Part shown: one piece after another, positions 25,477 through 39,387 of the stretch | Position numbering within the stretch: the stretch's first letter is position 1 | Layout: every line of letters starts with the position of its first letter | From: Octopus sinensis | Taxonomy: Eukaryota | Assembly (NCBI RefSeq): GCF_006345805.1 | Contig: NC_043006.1 | Location: forward strand, 17,670,001 to 17,734,000 | Reading direction: 5' to 3' | DNA: 64,000 nt | Notes under the pieces: generated by a model | Database searches by the model: none | What the model saw: the letters and a program-made list of their open reading frames with translations, nothing else | What the model was told of the DNA's origin: nothing | Translations under genes and position numbers: made by a program

Positions 25477-25735
25477 ATGTATGTATACACAAATGCACCA
25501 TACGCATATTTAAATACACACATTCATTAATGTATTCATCATCTCTTTGTTGCTATTATTGTATCACAAACAATACATAACTGCAGCTCACCCCAATCCC
25601 TATCACATGTAGCTATGTACATGTTAATATGCCTCATTGCTTGGGTTTTTTTTTCTTTATTCATATTTATTTTCTTTAATTGAAGTGTTTTTTTTTGTGT
25701 GTGTGTATATATATATATACACACACACACACACG

Positions 25736-26120
25736 CTTTTACTCTTTTACTTGTTTCAGTCATTTGGCTGTGGCCATGCTGGAGCACTGCCTTTAGTCGA
25801 GCAAATCGCCCCAGGACTTATTCTTTGTAAGCCTAGTACTTATCCTATCGGTCTCTTTTGCTGAACCACTAAGTTATGGCTACCTAAGCACACTAGTATC
25901 GGTTGGCAAGCAATGTTGGGGGGGCAAACACAGACACACAAACATAATTACGTACATATATATATACATTTCAGTTTCCGTCTACCAGATCCACTCACAA
26001 GGCTTTGGTCAACCCGAGGCTATAGTAAAAGACTCTTGCCCAAGGTGCCACGCAGTGGAACTGAACCCAGAACCATGTGGTTGGTAAACAAGCTACTTAC
26101 CACACAGCCACTCCTATGCC
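25736..26120 (-). mobile_element. SINE family A
   Basis: Reverse complement of family A. Confidence 0.85.
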
Positions 26121-27444
26121 TACATATATATATATGCAAATAATATTAAACATAAAATTGATATATTTAGATATGAGTTTTGAGAGTTATGATAAAGAAA
26201 CTACTCAATGACCCTTGCTTGGAGTTACATGTTGTGCATAATAACTTCCCCTGTTTTATTAATAGATTGTGGGATAATGTCTAATTTACATTTTATTATG
26301 TTTGACAAATACTATTATTTTGTTTTCTTTTTCCCTGGTTGAATGTTGACCAGTATGTTTCTTTTTAATGAATGCACATTTTTTTCCCCCGTTATGTAAC
26401 ATTACAATTGAACTAAGCACATAGCATCGCATACGTTGTCGAAACGTCCTTTTCTTTTTGCCTGACATTGTTTGAATTACTTTGCATCTGAGAAATAACT
26501 ATGATAATGGTATTCCGAATGAAAATTCCGCCTGCTTTCCTTCTTTCTCTTTTTCTTTGTTTCCTTCTTCCTCTCTCTTTCATGCACTTGTAAATATGCT
26601 GCAATGGTTTAAATGATTCTGTTATGTGTATTAGGCAAAGCCCATTGGTAGTTACTGCTAGATGTCCTAGTTTGAATAACTGCAGATGGATAACTGTTCC
26701 AAGAAAGCAAATCCCAAAGAAATTACATTCTAGGAAGTCAGAGTTCTTGTTTACCAAGGAACTTCAAAAGTCTCTCTCTGAATGCTAAGTGTTGGTGAAC
26801 TACAAATAATGAGTTGGCTAAACCGTTTTGATTCCAACATACCCGAAAACTACCCTTAGTTCTGTTGCAGAAACTTTCTCATTTCAAAACGTTTGTATTG
26901 AAATTATAAACCTTCCTTCATATTTTTTCCATATAAGGATATTTTGCCAAGTTATGTTCCAAAGTCAAACTTAATTATTCCTGAGTTAAGTATTTTACTA
27001 AATTTATTCAAAGTCTTAAATTATCTTCAAAATTATGAGTTGTTTATTTAATTAGAAATATATTCAATGAGAAATATAATCATGAAAGGGGTTATGTGAG
27101 TTTGTGTGCGAGATTGCTTATAGTGGCTTAACCCTTTTGATACCAACCTCTCTGGTTCTAAGATACAAATTTTCAGTTTTGAATCAATCTTAATCAAAAC
27201 CTCTCAGTGAAATTTCATGTTATTTATGTTCCAAGAACCAGCTTGATAATTGAAGGTATTTTACTAAATTCTTCATAATTTTTAGTATTGATTGAAACAG
27301 AAACTGCGTATTGCTAAAAGAAATCTGGTAATGAAAGGCCTAAGCTAGTAAATATAAGGATTTGGAGTAAGATAGATATAGAAACATTGTAAACTTAGCA
27401 ATAATAATTCTCTAAACGAGATATAAACAGTAACTGCTCCATAA

Positions 27445-27656
27445 CAGAATGTGGCTAGGGACAGGGCAGGGCGGTGGGGGTGTTACCGATGCATTTAGCC
27501 CCAGGCGATCATCAACGTCACCAGGAGGGCTGACACCATTTGCAGGCTAGAGGACACCGTGATGGTGTCAGCCCTCCTGGTGACGTTGATGATCGCCTGG
27601 GGCTAAATACATCAGTAACACCCCCACTTCCCTGCCCTGTCCCTAGCCACATTCTG
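27445..27656. repeat. GC-rich inverted repeat with 95-bp arms and 22-nt loop
   Basis: 27445-27539 versus 27562-27656: 91/95 complementary, ungapped. Confidence 0.95.
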
Positions 27657-29029
27657 ATGGCTGATGTCCCTTATGTCATTGTAAACTTGTTCAGTGAAAA
27701 AAAAAAAACATGATTTTTATAGGAGGAGAAAAGGATAAATGAGATATTTTTGGCTTGCATTTTTGCCTTTAGTGTTCTGGTCTTTAAATGGGAATCAAGA
27801 TTCCAGAGACTTTGTTTACTGGAAAGATAACAGCATTGGCAGTTTAAGAAAATATTGCTATATTTCATGCTGACTGCAATTTCTAACTTTGATATGTTAC
27901 CATAAATAGTTGTCTTATATTGAATTCATAATATCTGTCAGGAGCATTTTTATCAATCCCAAACAGATGAAATGCAAGTAGAGTTTGGCGTGGTTGGAAC
28001 TGAGAATGTAGATGAACAAATCTAAATATACTGTTAGTCTTTTAATCTGGTGCACTGTTTTATCTGCCATTCCACTATTTTAATCCTAAAATGCAAGACT
28101 TTTTCTCTCTTAATCCCCAGTTATATTGGTAAGTGTTCAAACAAAGAAAACTGACAAATGATTAAAGTTAATATTTGTTGTGCATATATCTGTAAGCATT
28201 TCTTGGAGGTCACTCACTAACATCATAATTTTTCTCTTCTTGTCTTTCACAACTCTGTCTTTACTATTATACACTGAACTGTATATTACATTGTCTTGAA
28301 TTATAAAATAATTGATTCTCACGCAGGTAACATCATTCTTCATCATTTTCCATTCAGTTCCTTGTGCTGGTATGGGTTGCATAGGCTTTTAGAGATCATA
28401 TTTTAGGCCCACATGTACTTCCTATCACCAACACTTTCAGTTGCCTGTTATGGCTCATAAGGATGATGTGCATCTATTCTGAAACCAAGATACAGAAGCC
28501 TAAGATTTTCAAGGGTGAGAAGGGGTTTGGAATGATGTGGCATTTGTATTTCCCATAAAATGTCTCACCAAAAAAATAATTCCACACAATAACAAACTAG
28601 TAAATCAGTGCTACATTAACCCTGTAGTATTTAAACCACCCATATCTGGCCCAAATATCTGATCTGTTTTGTATTCAAACTGGCCGGATCTGACCTCTCA
28701 CACTTCCCCTACAATACCATTTAAAAAATAAACAATTACATCATTTAAATCTCAAAGCTATAGGATTAATTCAAAACAGTGTGACTGAATAAGCGTTGCA
28801 TTTGACAGAATAATCTGAATGCTAAAGGGTTGAAGATTCCCAGCAATAGTAGACTTGTCACAGTCCTTTGTTGTCTCCTTCATGAAGTTCAGCTTCTTGA
28901 GACTGATCTTCACCATTTCTTTACATGTTTCGCTAGTTTTTCCTCTCTTGCTGATCCCTTCCACTTGAATGGATTGCTACTTCTTTACCCATTTAAATCA
29001 CATATCCATATCCATATGGAAATAGTAGT

Positions 29030-29485
29030 TGTGATACCTGTGCCGGTGGCACATAAAAAGCACCATCCGAACGTGGGCGTTGCCAGCTCCGAGCCGACTG
29101 GCTTCTGTGCCGGTGGCACATAAAAAGCACCATCCGAACATGGCCGATGCCAGCGCCACCTTGACTGGCTTCTGTGCCGGTGACACATAAAAAGCACCAT
29201 CCGAACGTGGCCGATGCCAGCGCCGTATTGGCTGGCTTCCGTGCCGGTGGCACGTTAAAAGCACCAACCGATCGTAGCCTATGCCAGACTCCCCTGGCAC
29301 CTGTGCTGGTGGCACGTAAAAAGCACCCACTACACTCGCGGAGTGGTTGGCGTTAGGAAGGGCATCCAGCTGTAGAAACACTGCCAGATCAGACTGGAGC
29401 CTGGTGCAGCCCCTGGCTTCCCAGACCCCGGTCGAACCGTCCAGCCCGTGCTAGCGCGGAAAACGGACGTTAAACGATGATGATA
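29030..29485 (+). mobile_element. SINE/retroposon family C: internal GTGCCGGTGGCAC-headed VNTR with (GAT)n tail
   Basis: Five 55-67 bp units, then the conserved tail gagtggttggcgttaggaagggcatccagc...ggacgttaaacgatgatga. The (GAT)n tail suggests RTE-type mobilisation (inference). Confidence 0.85.
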
Positions 29486-30542
29486 TCAGTGGAACCTCTC
29501 TCTTTTTTACATTACATCTGTTTTCTCTTCTATCCATTTCCTGTCTCAGCTAATTTCTTCCCCATTCTTCATCCACATTAACCTTACATCAGAGCTTGCA
29601 AATTTAATTTAATTTTTTTTATTCCCAGCCTTCACTGCCATTCAACATCCCACTTCATATACAATGCTCATATAATCTGCTCTTCACTCAAAGAAAAAAA
29701 AATGTCTTTTTGATATCAGCAGACATAGCTTGTAACTTTTATCAACTTATTCTCTATCTATTATGCTTTCAGAGCACCCACTTCAGTACTAATTAAATCA
29801 ACTGTGGTTATCAACTACTTCTGAATAGCCTTCCATGCTTTTGAAAGTATTTGATTAATAGTTGTTCTTGCTTACGCATGAAACATCTGTAACATATGAA
29901 GTTGACCTTCTCTGTCAGTTTGCCTGTGAATCTAATATGGTCATAGTTTACATTGAACACATTATAAGGAATTTCTTTTCTATGTACTGAGCGTGGTCAG
30001 ATGACAGTAAGGTTTGTCATCATTCCTGCAAACCCAGATTTTTATCCTTGCTTAGTTTACTTTGATGCTGCCTGATTCTTGGTTTTGCTTCTACATTTGG
30101 AATTCTTTCTAAATTTTTGACTGATTCAATTACAAGAACTAGACATTCAGTTTATAGGAATTCCTTCAGAGATCTCATGTTTTAATTCCATTCTTTGGTC
30201 TCAAGAACTACAAGAAACAAGACCGAACTGAGATATGAGCCTCAATGGATATTTACCTGCATACTAAATTCTTCATAGAATTGATTGCTTGTAGTATCTC
30301 TGTACACAGCATGCATGACTCTCACAAGTCATTCATCTACGCCTAGTTTCCTTGGTAACCCCCCCCCCTATACACACACACATACACATGACAGAGTGTG
30401 ATACAAAAGGTTTCTCTAAATTGATAAATGCTATCATATAAAGGTTTTCTTGCCCTATAGCTATCTCATTAGGAAGAGGGCACCTGAAATGCATTTCATC
30501 TAAACCAATTTGTATCCTATTTACCTGTGATTTATATATATA

Positions 30543-30897
30543 CTAGCAGTATCGCCCGGCGTTGCTCGGGTTTGTAAGGGAAATAACTATAAAGCATTTT
30601 TAGAGAGTTATAGCCAAAAAATGGAAAAAAAATTATGGTAAATTTTTTTTTTAGTTAAAAAGGTCGAGTTGCGTCCCCTAGACAGTCTGTGGTTTGTGTT
30701 TCTGATTCTCGACCCCATGTCGAAGTTATCGATTTTTTTCAGAACTGGGGGAACTTTTCAAAATTTTCGCTGCGTTAGTTTTGAATTATGACATTGGGCT
30801 ATGTGTGGATCAAGTTTCATCAGAATCGGTTGAAAGCCGTGGTCAGGGTGAGGGTACAACCTAACAGACATACAGAAACACACACAGACAAACTGCC

Positions 30898-30940
<43 letters not shown>
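30543..30940 (-). mobile_element. Non-autonomous Helitron
   Basis: Same ctagcagtatcgcccggcgttgctcggg terminus as 39962. Other end merges into (TA)n. Confidence 0.8.
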
Positions 30941-30943
<3 letters not shown>

Positions 30944-31434
30944 TTGTATGTATGTATTGCTATAATTACAAATGCGTTAGTTTGATGCATATCTAGTTAC
31001 ATTTTTTTCTAAAGCATCTCTGTTACCCTTGCAGCAGTTGATCCTATTACTAGAAAACCACTCATTGAGCATAACAGATTGACTATGTAAGGGGAAAAGA
31101 ACATGCTTCATTTCACTGGATATTTTCACCAGCTATCCATAATAGTTCAGTTGCATTCCTGGTCTTCATATACATAATTATTCTTTCAACTATATATCTA
31201 TCAATTTCAATAGTTGCTTCTTCTGTTAGGCTCGTTTGGGTAGTAGCTCTATGTCTTGGCTTATCACATGTTGAGTGATACATTCGTTTTGTGACTGTCT
31301 TTCCTGTTTACTGGTAAGTCTTGTTGGTTTGTCTGTCCACCTGAGTGATAGGTAACCAGGTTGCTGACGGTTTCTCAAAGTTAGCTTATTTGCTCCAAGA
31401 GCTTTGATCCCTCTCTGTTGTGTCTACCATAACC

Positions 31435-31667
31435 TATTTCTTTACTACCCTCAAGGGGCTAAACACAGAGAGGACAAACAGGGGCAGACAAACGGATTAA
31501 GTCGATTATATCGACCCCAGTGCATAACTGGTACTTATTTAATTGACCCCGAAAGGATTAAAGGCAAAGGTGACCTAGGGGAATTTGAACTCAGAACATA
31601 ACGGCAGACGAAATACCGCTAAGCATTTTGCCCGGCGTGCTAATGATTCTGCCAGCTCGCTACCTTA
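31435..31667 (-). mobile_element. SINE family B with 9-bp TSD
   Basis: TSD accataacc at 31426-34 and 31668-76. Confidence 0.9.
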
Positions 31668-33540
31668 ACCATAACCACTGTGTGCATACGAAAAGCCATC
31701 ATGGTGTTACCAAACATCATGTCCATTAATGTTATCCAGCTGTTATAATAAATTTTTTACCATCTCCTACCAAGGTAATCTGCAAGAAAACATCATAGAA
31801 ACAGTTCTTTTGCTCATATATCATTCCTTAATGTAGTGCATATGCGGAGGTCACTGTTGTGTTGCCTATGAGCATCTAAGATTAATTATCCTGTCACAAA
31901 CCCTGGCTACTTCAGTTTATTTATTTGCTTGCCAGTAATGTCTATCAACATTAGTGCTGTTGCTTACCAATACCTCTTTCATGCACAATCCAGAATGCTA
32001 GTTGAGCCATCTTACCTATGGCTGTTGCCTATCATCTCTGCTCAGTACTATGAAGTGCAGTGCTCATTCTGTGTACACTATGCTGCTAGGGGCCTCATTG
32101 TAGCGTACTAATGATATTGTGTCAGTTGATCTCACTACTGAAGGATGGTTAATGTATTTGTGAAACAAGAATGCAATATTTTAGTTTCTTCTTTGTGGTA
32201 AGAAGCTTGGTTCCCAACCACAAGGTCACCACTTGACAACCGGTGTTGGTGTGTTTACATTCCCGTAACTTAGCAGTTTGGCAAAAGAGACTGATAGAAT
32301 AAGTATTATGCTCAAAAAGTAAGTTCTGGGGTCAATTTGATTGACTAAAATCCTTCAAGGCGGTGCTTCAGCATGGCCGCGGTCAAATGACTGAAACAAG
32401 CAAAAGAATAAAGAATATAAAACATAAGAATGTCAAACCAACACGAGAGGCTTTATGTTGTCACTCAATTTGTTAGAAATAGCAGCCAAATCTTTTTCAA
32501 ATTACATCTGAAAGGAAGAATACATTGGGCAGCATAGTCTTATATACATACATACATAAAAAAATGGTTGATCACTGTTAAATTTGCCATCCTTTTATAT
32601 TTAATTAGCAAAACAGATACTTTAGTAGCTGGTATATTTCACATTGGTCAACTATGTTCGATATATTCATTGTGTACATTCAGATTTTCCCTACAACTTT
32701 CATATATTCTTTTCTTATTATGGAAATTTGCTTGATGCTCTTTTTACTGGAATTTATGCCAAGCAGGAATTATATATGCATGCGCACACACTTACATATG
32801 CACAAAGTTTAATTCCTTTATTTGAGAGTATTTTTGGGTAAAACAATTATTTTTATATCTTCTGAAGTAGTTATTTTTACATATTCTTCGTTATCATATT
32901 GGATTCAGCCATTTCTTTCTTATTTTTCTTTTTTTTTTTTTTGTCTCTAGTGATATAAAAACCGTATTTTAAAGCTACTTTATACAACTTTATATTCATA
33001 CTCAGCCAGTAACGATGTTGAGATAACAGTTGTTTGTGGTGAATGAAAATTGGTAGTCATGCCCGGAGGCTATTTTCATTGATGTTTGTCACTAAAAGGC
33101 CGGTGATTTAACAGTATTAAAACTCTTAAAGTTGTTTGTTTCCAGATAAATCACAAAGTTCCTGATCCAAAGTCGTTTCTTGTCCCAGACCATTTTTTTT
33201 CCTGTTTTTTTGTTTTTACTATTAGATTGTAATTTTCAAAACTATGTCTTTATTCATTACTACTCAGTTTCTCAGACATTTTCTCTAACTTAATATTTGT
33301 AATGTTTATCCTATCATTATTATTATTATTATAGAAACAAAGCTGGTAGGATTTATGTGGTTAGTGGGTTTCTACCTGTAACCTTAGGTGTTCACATGTT
33401 TTCGGCAATCTTTCAAGTGCCATTTATCTTTATGTTGGCTTATTGTTCCCAATGCACCAATTATTATAGGCATAGCCTTTACCGATTGCATGCTCCAAAT
33501 TCTTCCTACATCAAATTTATTATTATTATTATTATTATTA

Positions 33541-34060
33541 TTCATCGTTTAACGTCCGCTTTCCATGCTAGCATGGGTTGGACGAATGACTGAGGGCTGG
33601 TGAACCAGATGGCTGCACCAGGCTTCAATCTTGATTTGGCAGAGTTTCTACAGCTGGTTGCCCTTCCTAACGCCAACCACTCCGAGAGTGTAGTGGGTAC
33701 TTTTACGTGCCACCGGTATGGGGCCAGTCAGGTGGTACTGGCAACGACCTCACTCAAATCTTTTACACATGTCACCGGCACAGGTGCCAGTAAGGCGATG
33801 CTGGTAACGATCACGCTCGGATGGTGTCTTTTACGTGCCACTGGCATGGAGGTCAGATAGCTGCTCTGGCAACGATCATGCTCGGGTGGTGCTCTTAATA
33901 CCCAACTAGCACGGGGCTCGAGTGCCAGTAAGGCGATGCTGGTAACGATCACGCTCGAATGGTGCCTTTTAAGTGGCACTGGCACGGAAGCCGGTTAGCT
34001 GCTCTGTCAATGATCACACTCGTATGGTGCTCTTTGCACCCTGCTAGCATGGACGCCAGT
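33541..34060 (-). mobile_element. Family C with a variant VNTR unit
   Basis: Reverse family C tail plus repeats containing ggtaacgatcacgctcg. Confidence 0.85.
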
Positions 34061-34093
34061 CAACGACTTTGATTTTTATTTTTATTATCATCA

Positions 34094-34127
<34 letters not shown>

Positions 34128-34974
34128 GGTGGCAAACTGGCAGGATCATTAGTATGCAGGGCAGGCTTAGTGGTATTTCGTGTCTTTACATTCTGATTTC
34201 AAATTCTGCCAAGGTCAACTTTGCTTTTCATCCTTTCAGGGTTGATAGAATAAGTACCATTTGAACACCTTGAGAGTCAATGTAATCAACTTACCCCTCC
34301 CGTAAAATTGCTGGCCTTGTGCCAAAATTTGAGACCGTTATTATTACTAACAAAACTGAAGGTACATAGTCTAGTGGTTAGGGTGTTCCATTCATGATAG
34401 TAAGATTGTGGTTTCAATTCCCAGACTGAGAAGTATATTGTATTCTTGAGCAAAACACTTCATTTTGTGTTTGCCCCAGTCTGCTCAGCTTTAAATGAGT
34501 TCCAACAATAACTAGGAAGTTAACACTGCAATGGACTAGCATCTCATCCAGGTGAGTGGGGAGTGTTGTACTCTCATTCACTTCTGTACCATGGAATCGG
34601 GATTAAGCTCCTGCCTTATGACTCCTGGGGTTACTCACACATTTAAGTCTGTAAGTCTAGTAAAACTTCTGTTATGGTATTGAGACAAGACTGCTCCACA
34701 AAACATGTTTTTATCTTTTCTTTACCTTTTTTCTGGTGCTTATTCTTTCACCTAGATTCTATAATCATCATCATCCTCATTTAATGTCTGCTTTCCATGC
34801 TGGCATGGGTTAGACAGTTTGACTGGAAATGATAAGCCAGAGGGCTGCAGTCTGATCTGGCATGGTTTCTACAGCTGGATGCCCTTCCTAACACCAACAA
34901 CTCCAAAAGTGTAATGCATATATTTTCATAAATTTACATTTTATAAAAGTTTCAGTTTTTTAAAATCTGTTCTA

Positions 34975-35325
34975 AGAAGTATGCTTCCTAACTACATGGT
35001 TCCAGGTTCAGTCCCAGTGCATGGCACTTTGTGCAAGTGCCTTCTACTGTAGTCCTAAGCTTTGTGAGTGAATATTTTGCTAGACGGAAACTGAAAGAAG
35101 ACTGTAGAATGTGTGTGCGTATCATTGTGTTTGTCCCTCACCACCACTGTACAACTAGTGCTGGTTTGTTTACATCCCTGTAACTTAGCGATTGAGCAAA
35201 AGAGACAGATAGAATAAGTACCAGGCTTTAAAAAATGGGGTTGAATTGTTTGTTTAAACTCTTAAACCTTTCAAGGCAGTGTCCCAGCATGGCTGCAGTC
35301 CAATGACTGAAACAAGAAAAGATAA
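34975..35325 (+). mobile_element. SINE family A, diverged
   Basis: Similarity to family A. Confidence 0.75.
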
Positions 35326-35814
35326 TAAAAAAAAACAACGTATTTCGTGATCAATGTGTTGTATGTTTGCTTATTGGGTTCCTTTTTTTTTTTATTAATA
35401 CAAATCCTTATTGAGTTAAGATATGAAGACTTAAGCCATTTCATCACTGATATTTCACTTCTATTTATGTATTCATTATGTGGATTTGTTATTCTTTCAA
35501 ATTAAGATGTTAAATGATTATAGGAATAATTATTTAGTAAGCTTAACCAGATACCTCATGCAAACTAACTTGTTGATTCATCTAATAAACAATGGCTGCT
35601 GTTTGCTTTTTTTTTGGTGGGGGGGGGATTAAAAGCTAGTTAAAATGATTTAGCACCCTCTCTATAAAGCAGAGTAATGCATAAATTTATGCTGAGCAAA
35701 GAGCTTATGATTTGGTATTGTTTCCTGGTTGGAGTGTGACACATTATTAATGCTTTTAAGAAATATTTTAAATTTTATTTTCATCTCTAAAAACTTTTAA
35801 GAAGTTATTATTTC

Positions 35815-36190
35815 TTGGGTGCAGCATTGGGTAAGAAGCTCACTTTGCAACCTTGTTGCTTTAGGTTCAGTCCCACTGTGCAGCACCTTGGTCAAGTGTC
35901 TTCCACTATAATCCCTGGCAAATCAGTTCTTGTGAGTGAATTTAGTAGACAGGAATTGTCTGGAAGCCAATCAAATGTATGTGTTGCTTTGTGTCTGATT
36001 CCTCCCCACAGCTTGACAGACAGTGTTCGTTTGAATGCGTCCCTGTGACTTAGTGGTTTGGCCAAAGACACTGATAGAATAAGTACCAGACTTTAAAAAT
36101 ATGAAATTTAATACTGGGGTTGATTTGTTCAACTAAACCCTTGAAGGGAGTATCCCAGCATGACAACAGGCTGGAACAAGTAAAAGACAA
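35815..36190 (+). mobile_element. SINE family A, diverged
   Basis: Similarity to family A. Confidence 0.7.
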
Positions 36191-36238
36191 TAAAATATTA
36201 AAAAAAAAAGAAAAGGATTTTTTTTAGGTTTTGCTTTC

Positions 36239-36269
<31 letters not shown>

Positions 36270-36400
36270 GCTACATTTGTTAGAAGAAAGAATTGCTTCA
36301 AGAAATCATTTGTGTTTTTTTTTGTTTTGTTTTGTTAAGATATTCATCTTTGAAGAAACCTACATTGTTCAGTTTTTGATTTGGATATTAACTTCTGATA

Positions 36401-36447
<47 letters not shown>

Positions 36448-36818
36448 TTTGCTTTGTTCTTAGTTATATTAATTTTGATTTATTGCAAATAACATTCGTT
36501 GTTTGCATTGAGCTTTGCATAACTACTATTCATAGATCTATGATATGCTGCTACTGTAAAAAATAATTTCTGTTTGCAACAAAGCTTTTTAAATTTTTAA
36601 TGTTGACGATACACCCTCAAAATATAAAACCTGTTTTTGATGCACTATGCTTCGTTAACAACACATAATTAACAAAATCAATAAATAGGCAATTACATAG
36701 ATCTCATGTGTCAACCAGTCTAATTAAATGTATGTAGGGTTGTCAGACCTTGACAGACAAATATTCAGTAAAATTGATCAGATTGGTCTTAATTTTACGA
36801 CACACCCAGAGATTAACA

Positions 36819-36929
36819 ATGACACACTGCTATGAAATCTCCTGGTTTAGAGGTTTGGCTAAGTTTCAGAAGTTTAGTTTAATAGAGACAATTTGCAGCT
36901 TAATTTTTATACCTGTCTGCAAACCTCAA
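36819..36929 (+). CDS. Candidate alternative first coding exon of the TRPM gene (37 codons)
   Basis: acaATG start, MTHCYEISWFRGLAKFQKFSLIETICSLIFIPVCKPQ, phase-0 donor CAA|GTAGGT at 36930. Carries an I-x-x-I-C-x-x-x-F-I-P pattern like the recalled human TRPM3 first exon ([11 protein letters not shown]). Confidence 0.5.
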
Positions 36930-37437
36930 GTAGGTTTCATACTTAGCTAAGAGAAAAGTCAGGTATGCATCAAAATTGTTAACTAGATAATTTTCGGAAT
37001 GTTGTCAATCGGATGTGTAGCCAACTGTGGAAATAACTTAGGTTATGGAATTTTTATCGATACATAAAAGAATATAAAGATTCCCTCTTCTGTTTTTTTT
37101 TTTTTTTGTCTTATTAAAATTGGAGAGCAAAAGTTGACTGCATTGTACAAATACAGAGGTGTTTTTAGATCAGAAATATTATTCTCATATGAGAAAATAT
37201 GTTGTCAACAATAATCTGTACCTAATATAAGTACCTGGGTATAACCCATAGCCTGTTAATATAGACAAGATATCAATACCTCAGCCAATCTGACGTTCCA
37301 GATTTTTGTAAAACTTTGTTCTTTGGACTCAAGAGAGTGCAGCAAATAACTAAAGTGTCCAGAATATGAATCAGTGGTTTTTAACCCTATTTCTTATATT
37401 TCTGCTGAAATACACAGCCTTAGTTTTAATTACTTTT

Positions 37438-37950
37438 GTCTGTGCCGGTGACACGTAAAAAGCACCATCCGTTCGTGGCCGTTGCCAGTGCCGCCCCATC
37501 TGGCCTCCGTGCCGGTGGTACGTAAAAGCATCCGTTCGTGGCCGTTGCCAGCCTCGCCTGGCCCCCGTGCCAGTGGCACGTAAAAAGCACCATCCGTTCG
37601 TGGCTGTTGCCAGTGCCGCCCCATCTGGCCTCCGTGCCGGTGGTACGTAAAAGCATCCGTTCGTGTCCGTTGCCAGCCTCACCTAGCCCCTGTGCCGGTG
37701 ACACGTAAAAGCACCATCCGTTCGTGGCCGTTTGCCAGCTCCGTCTGGCTCCTGTGTGGGTGGCATGTAAAAAGCACCCACTACACTCACGGAGTGGTTG
37801 GCGTTAGGAAGGGCATCCAGCCGTAGAAACACTGCCAGATCAGACTGGGCCGATGCAGCCTTCTGGCTTCACAGACCCTAGTTGAACCGTCCAACCCATG
37901 CTAGTGCGGAAAACGGACGTTAAACGATGATGATGATGATGATGATGATT
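37438..37950 (+). mobile_element. Family C with alternating 67/58-bp VNTR units
   Basis: Units start at 37441, 37508, 37566, 37633 and 37691. Inserted in a TTAA MITE. Confidence 0.88.
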
Positions 37951-39349
37951 AATTGGGTGTTTGGAACTTAAATTTATTCGAAATTTTAATAGTAATGTTT
38001 TAATTTAAATCACTTTAAAACTGGAAGATTGTATCATAGAACTAGGGGTAGTCTCAGGTGGACTGGTATCGAAAGGGTTAAGTCTGAAGCATAGTTTCAA
38101 TGGGACTGAGTTTGTTTCAGTTGAACTTCAATTATTAGTCACTATGGTATATTGCAGATATTTAGTAGGATCAGTAAAGTAAACTTTCATCAAATTTCTT
38201 GGTGCTTATACAAAATGATGAAATTAATACTAATTTTCAAAAGAAAAATATTATCTTCAAATAAAATTGAAATGTCTTGTTTGTATAACTCCTCTAACAT
38301 CTCTGTCATTAACTTCACCTCCTCCTCCTCCTCTATGGTTCTGCCTCTCTGACTCTGTGTATGCATTCCTTTATTCATTGTCTGCTACTAAGCCTCTTGC
38401 TTATGCAAACCCTGCACCTCTTATATTAACTCCTTCTGTATCACTCTTTTACTCTGTCTCTCCCTTTCTCTATATGAAGTAAAGTGTGACTAGAAAACTC
38501 AAATGACCAGATCCTAAATTGCCTATTAAATAGAGATTTAAGGTGACGAGCTGGCAGAATCAATGGCACATCAGGAAAAATACTCAGTGGCATTTCATCC
38601 AGTTTTATGTACAGAATTCAAATTCTACCAAAGTTAGACTTTGTCTTTCATTCTTTCAGGGTTGATTAAAATAAGTACCAGCTGAGCACCGGGGTTGATA
38701 TAATCGACTAGCCCTCTTCCACAAAACTGCTGGTCAAGTACCAAAATTTGAAACTGTTATACTACAGAGATTGGTCAAACCTCTAAACCTGAAACCAGAT
38801 ATTTTAAGTATGAATTATTAGTAACTACTCGTTACCTGTGAGGAGAAACAAAAGATATTATTTCCTAGTTTTTGTACAGGTATATGTGCCTGTGTTTAAT
38901 GATGGATTTAATTTAAAATAATGTTTTCATAAAATTATTTTGGTTAGCTAAAACTTACAAGGTATTAAATTTTTTTCATTCCTTTTTACTGTAAATTGAA
39001 TCAAAGCTTATAGTAAGAAAAAGAAAACCAAGAAAAAAAAGCAAATTGCACTATTTAAAGCTGGTGGTCTTGTATCAAAACGCAAAGGTTCAAAAGCACA
39101 GCTTTAAACTCTAATATAATTCTGAAAGGAGGAGGAAGACAAAATCTGTTTTTTGAAGTCTGTGTGTATATGTATATATATATATATATATATAAATTAG
39201 AAAAAAACCACCTTTTATCAATTCAAAATGAACAATTAAATTACACCATCTAGAAAATTACATATAATAGAAATATTAAATATGAAATAACAATAATATA
39301 CCAATGATTAAGCAATGTGCAAAATAATAAATAAAACGTATATTATTAT

Positions 39350-39387
<38 letters not shown>

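Noticed and set aside
29030-29340. CRISPR-like array (hairpin repeat plus variable spacers); likewise 37441-37790 and 60326-60732
   Set aside because: Eukaryotic context with no cas genes. In the first two, spacers are mutually homologous and the arrays sit inside a dispersed retroposon; the third has too short and degenerate a repeat.
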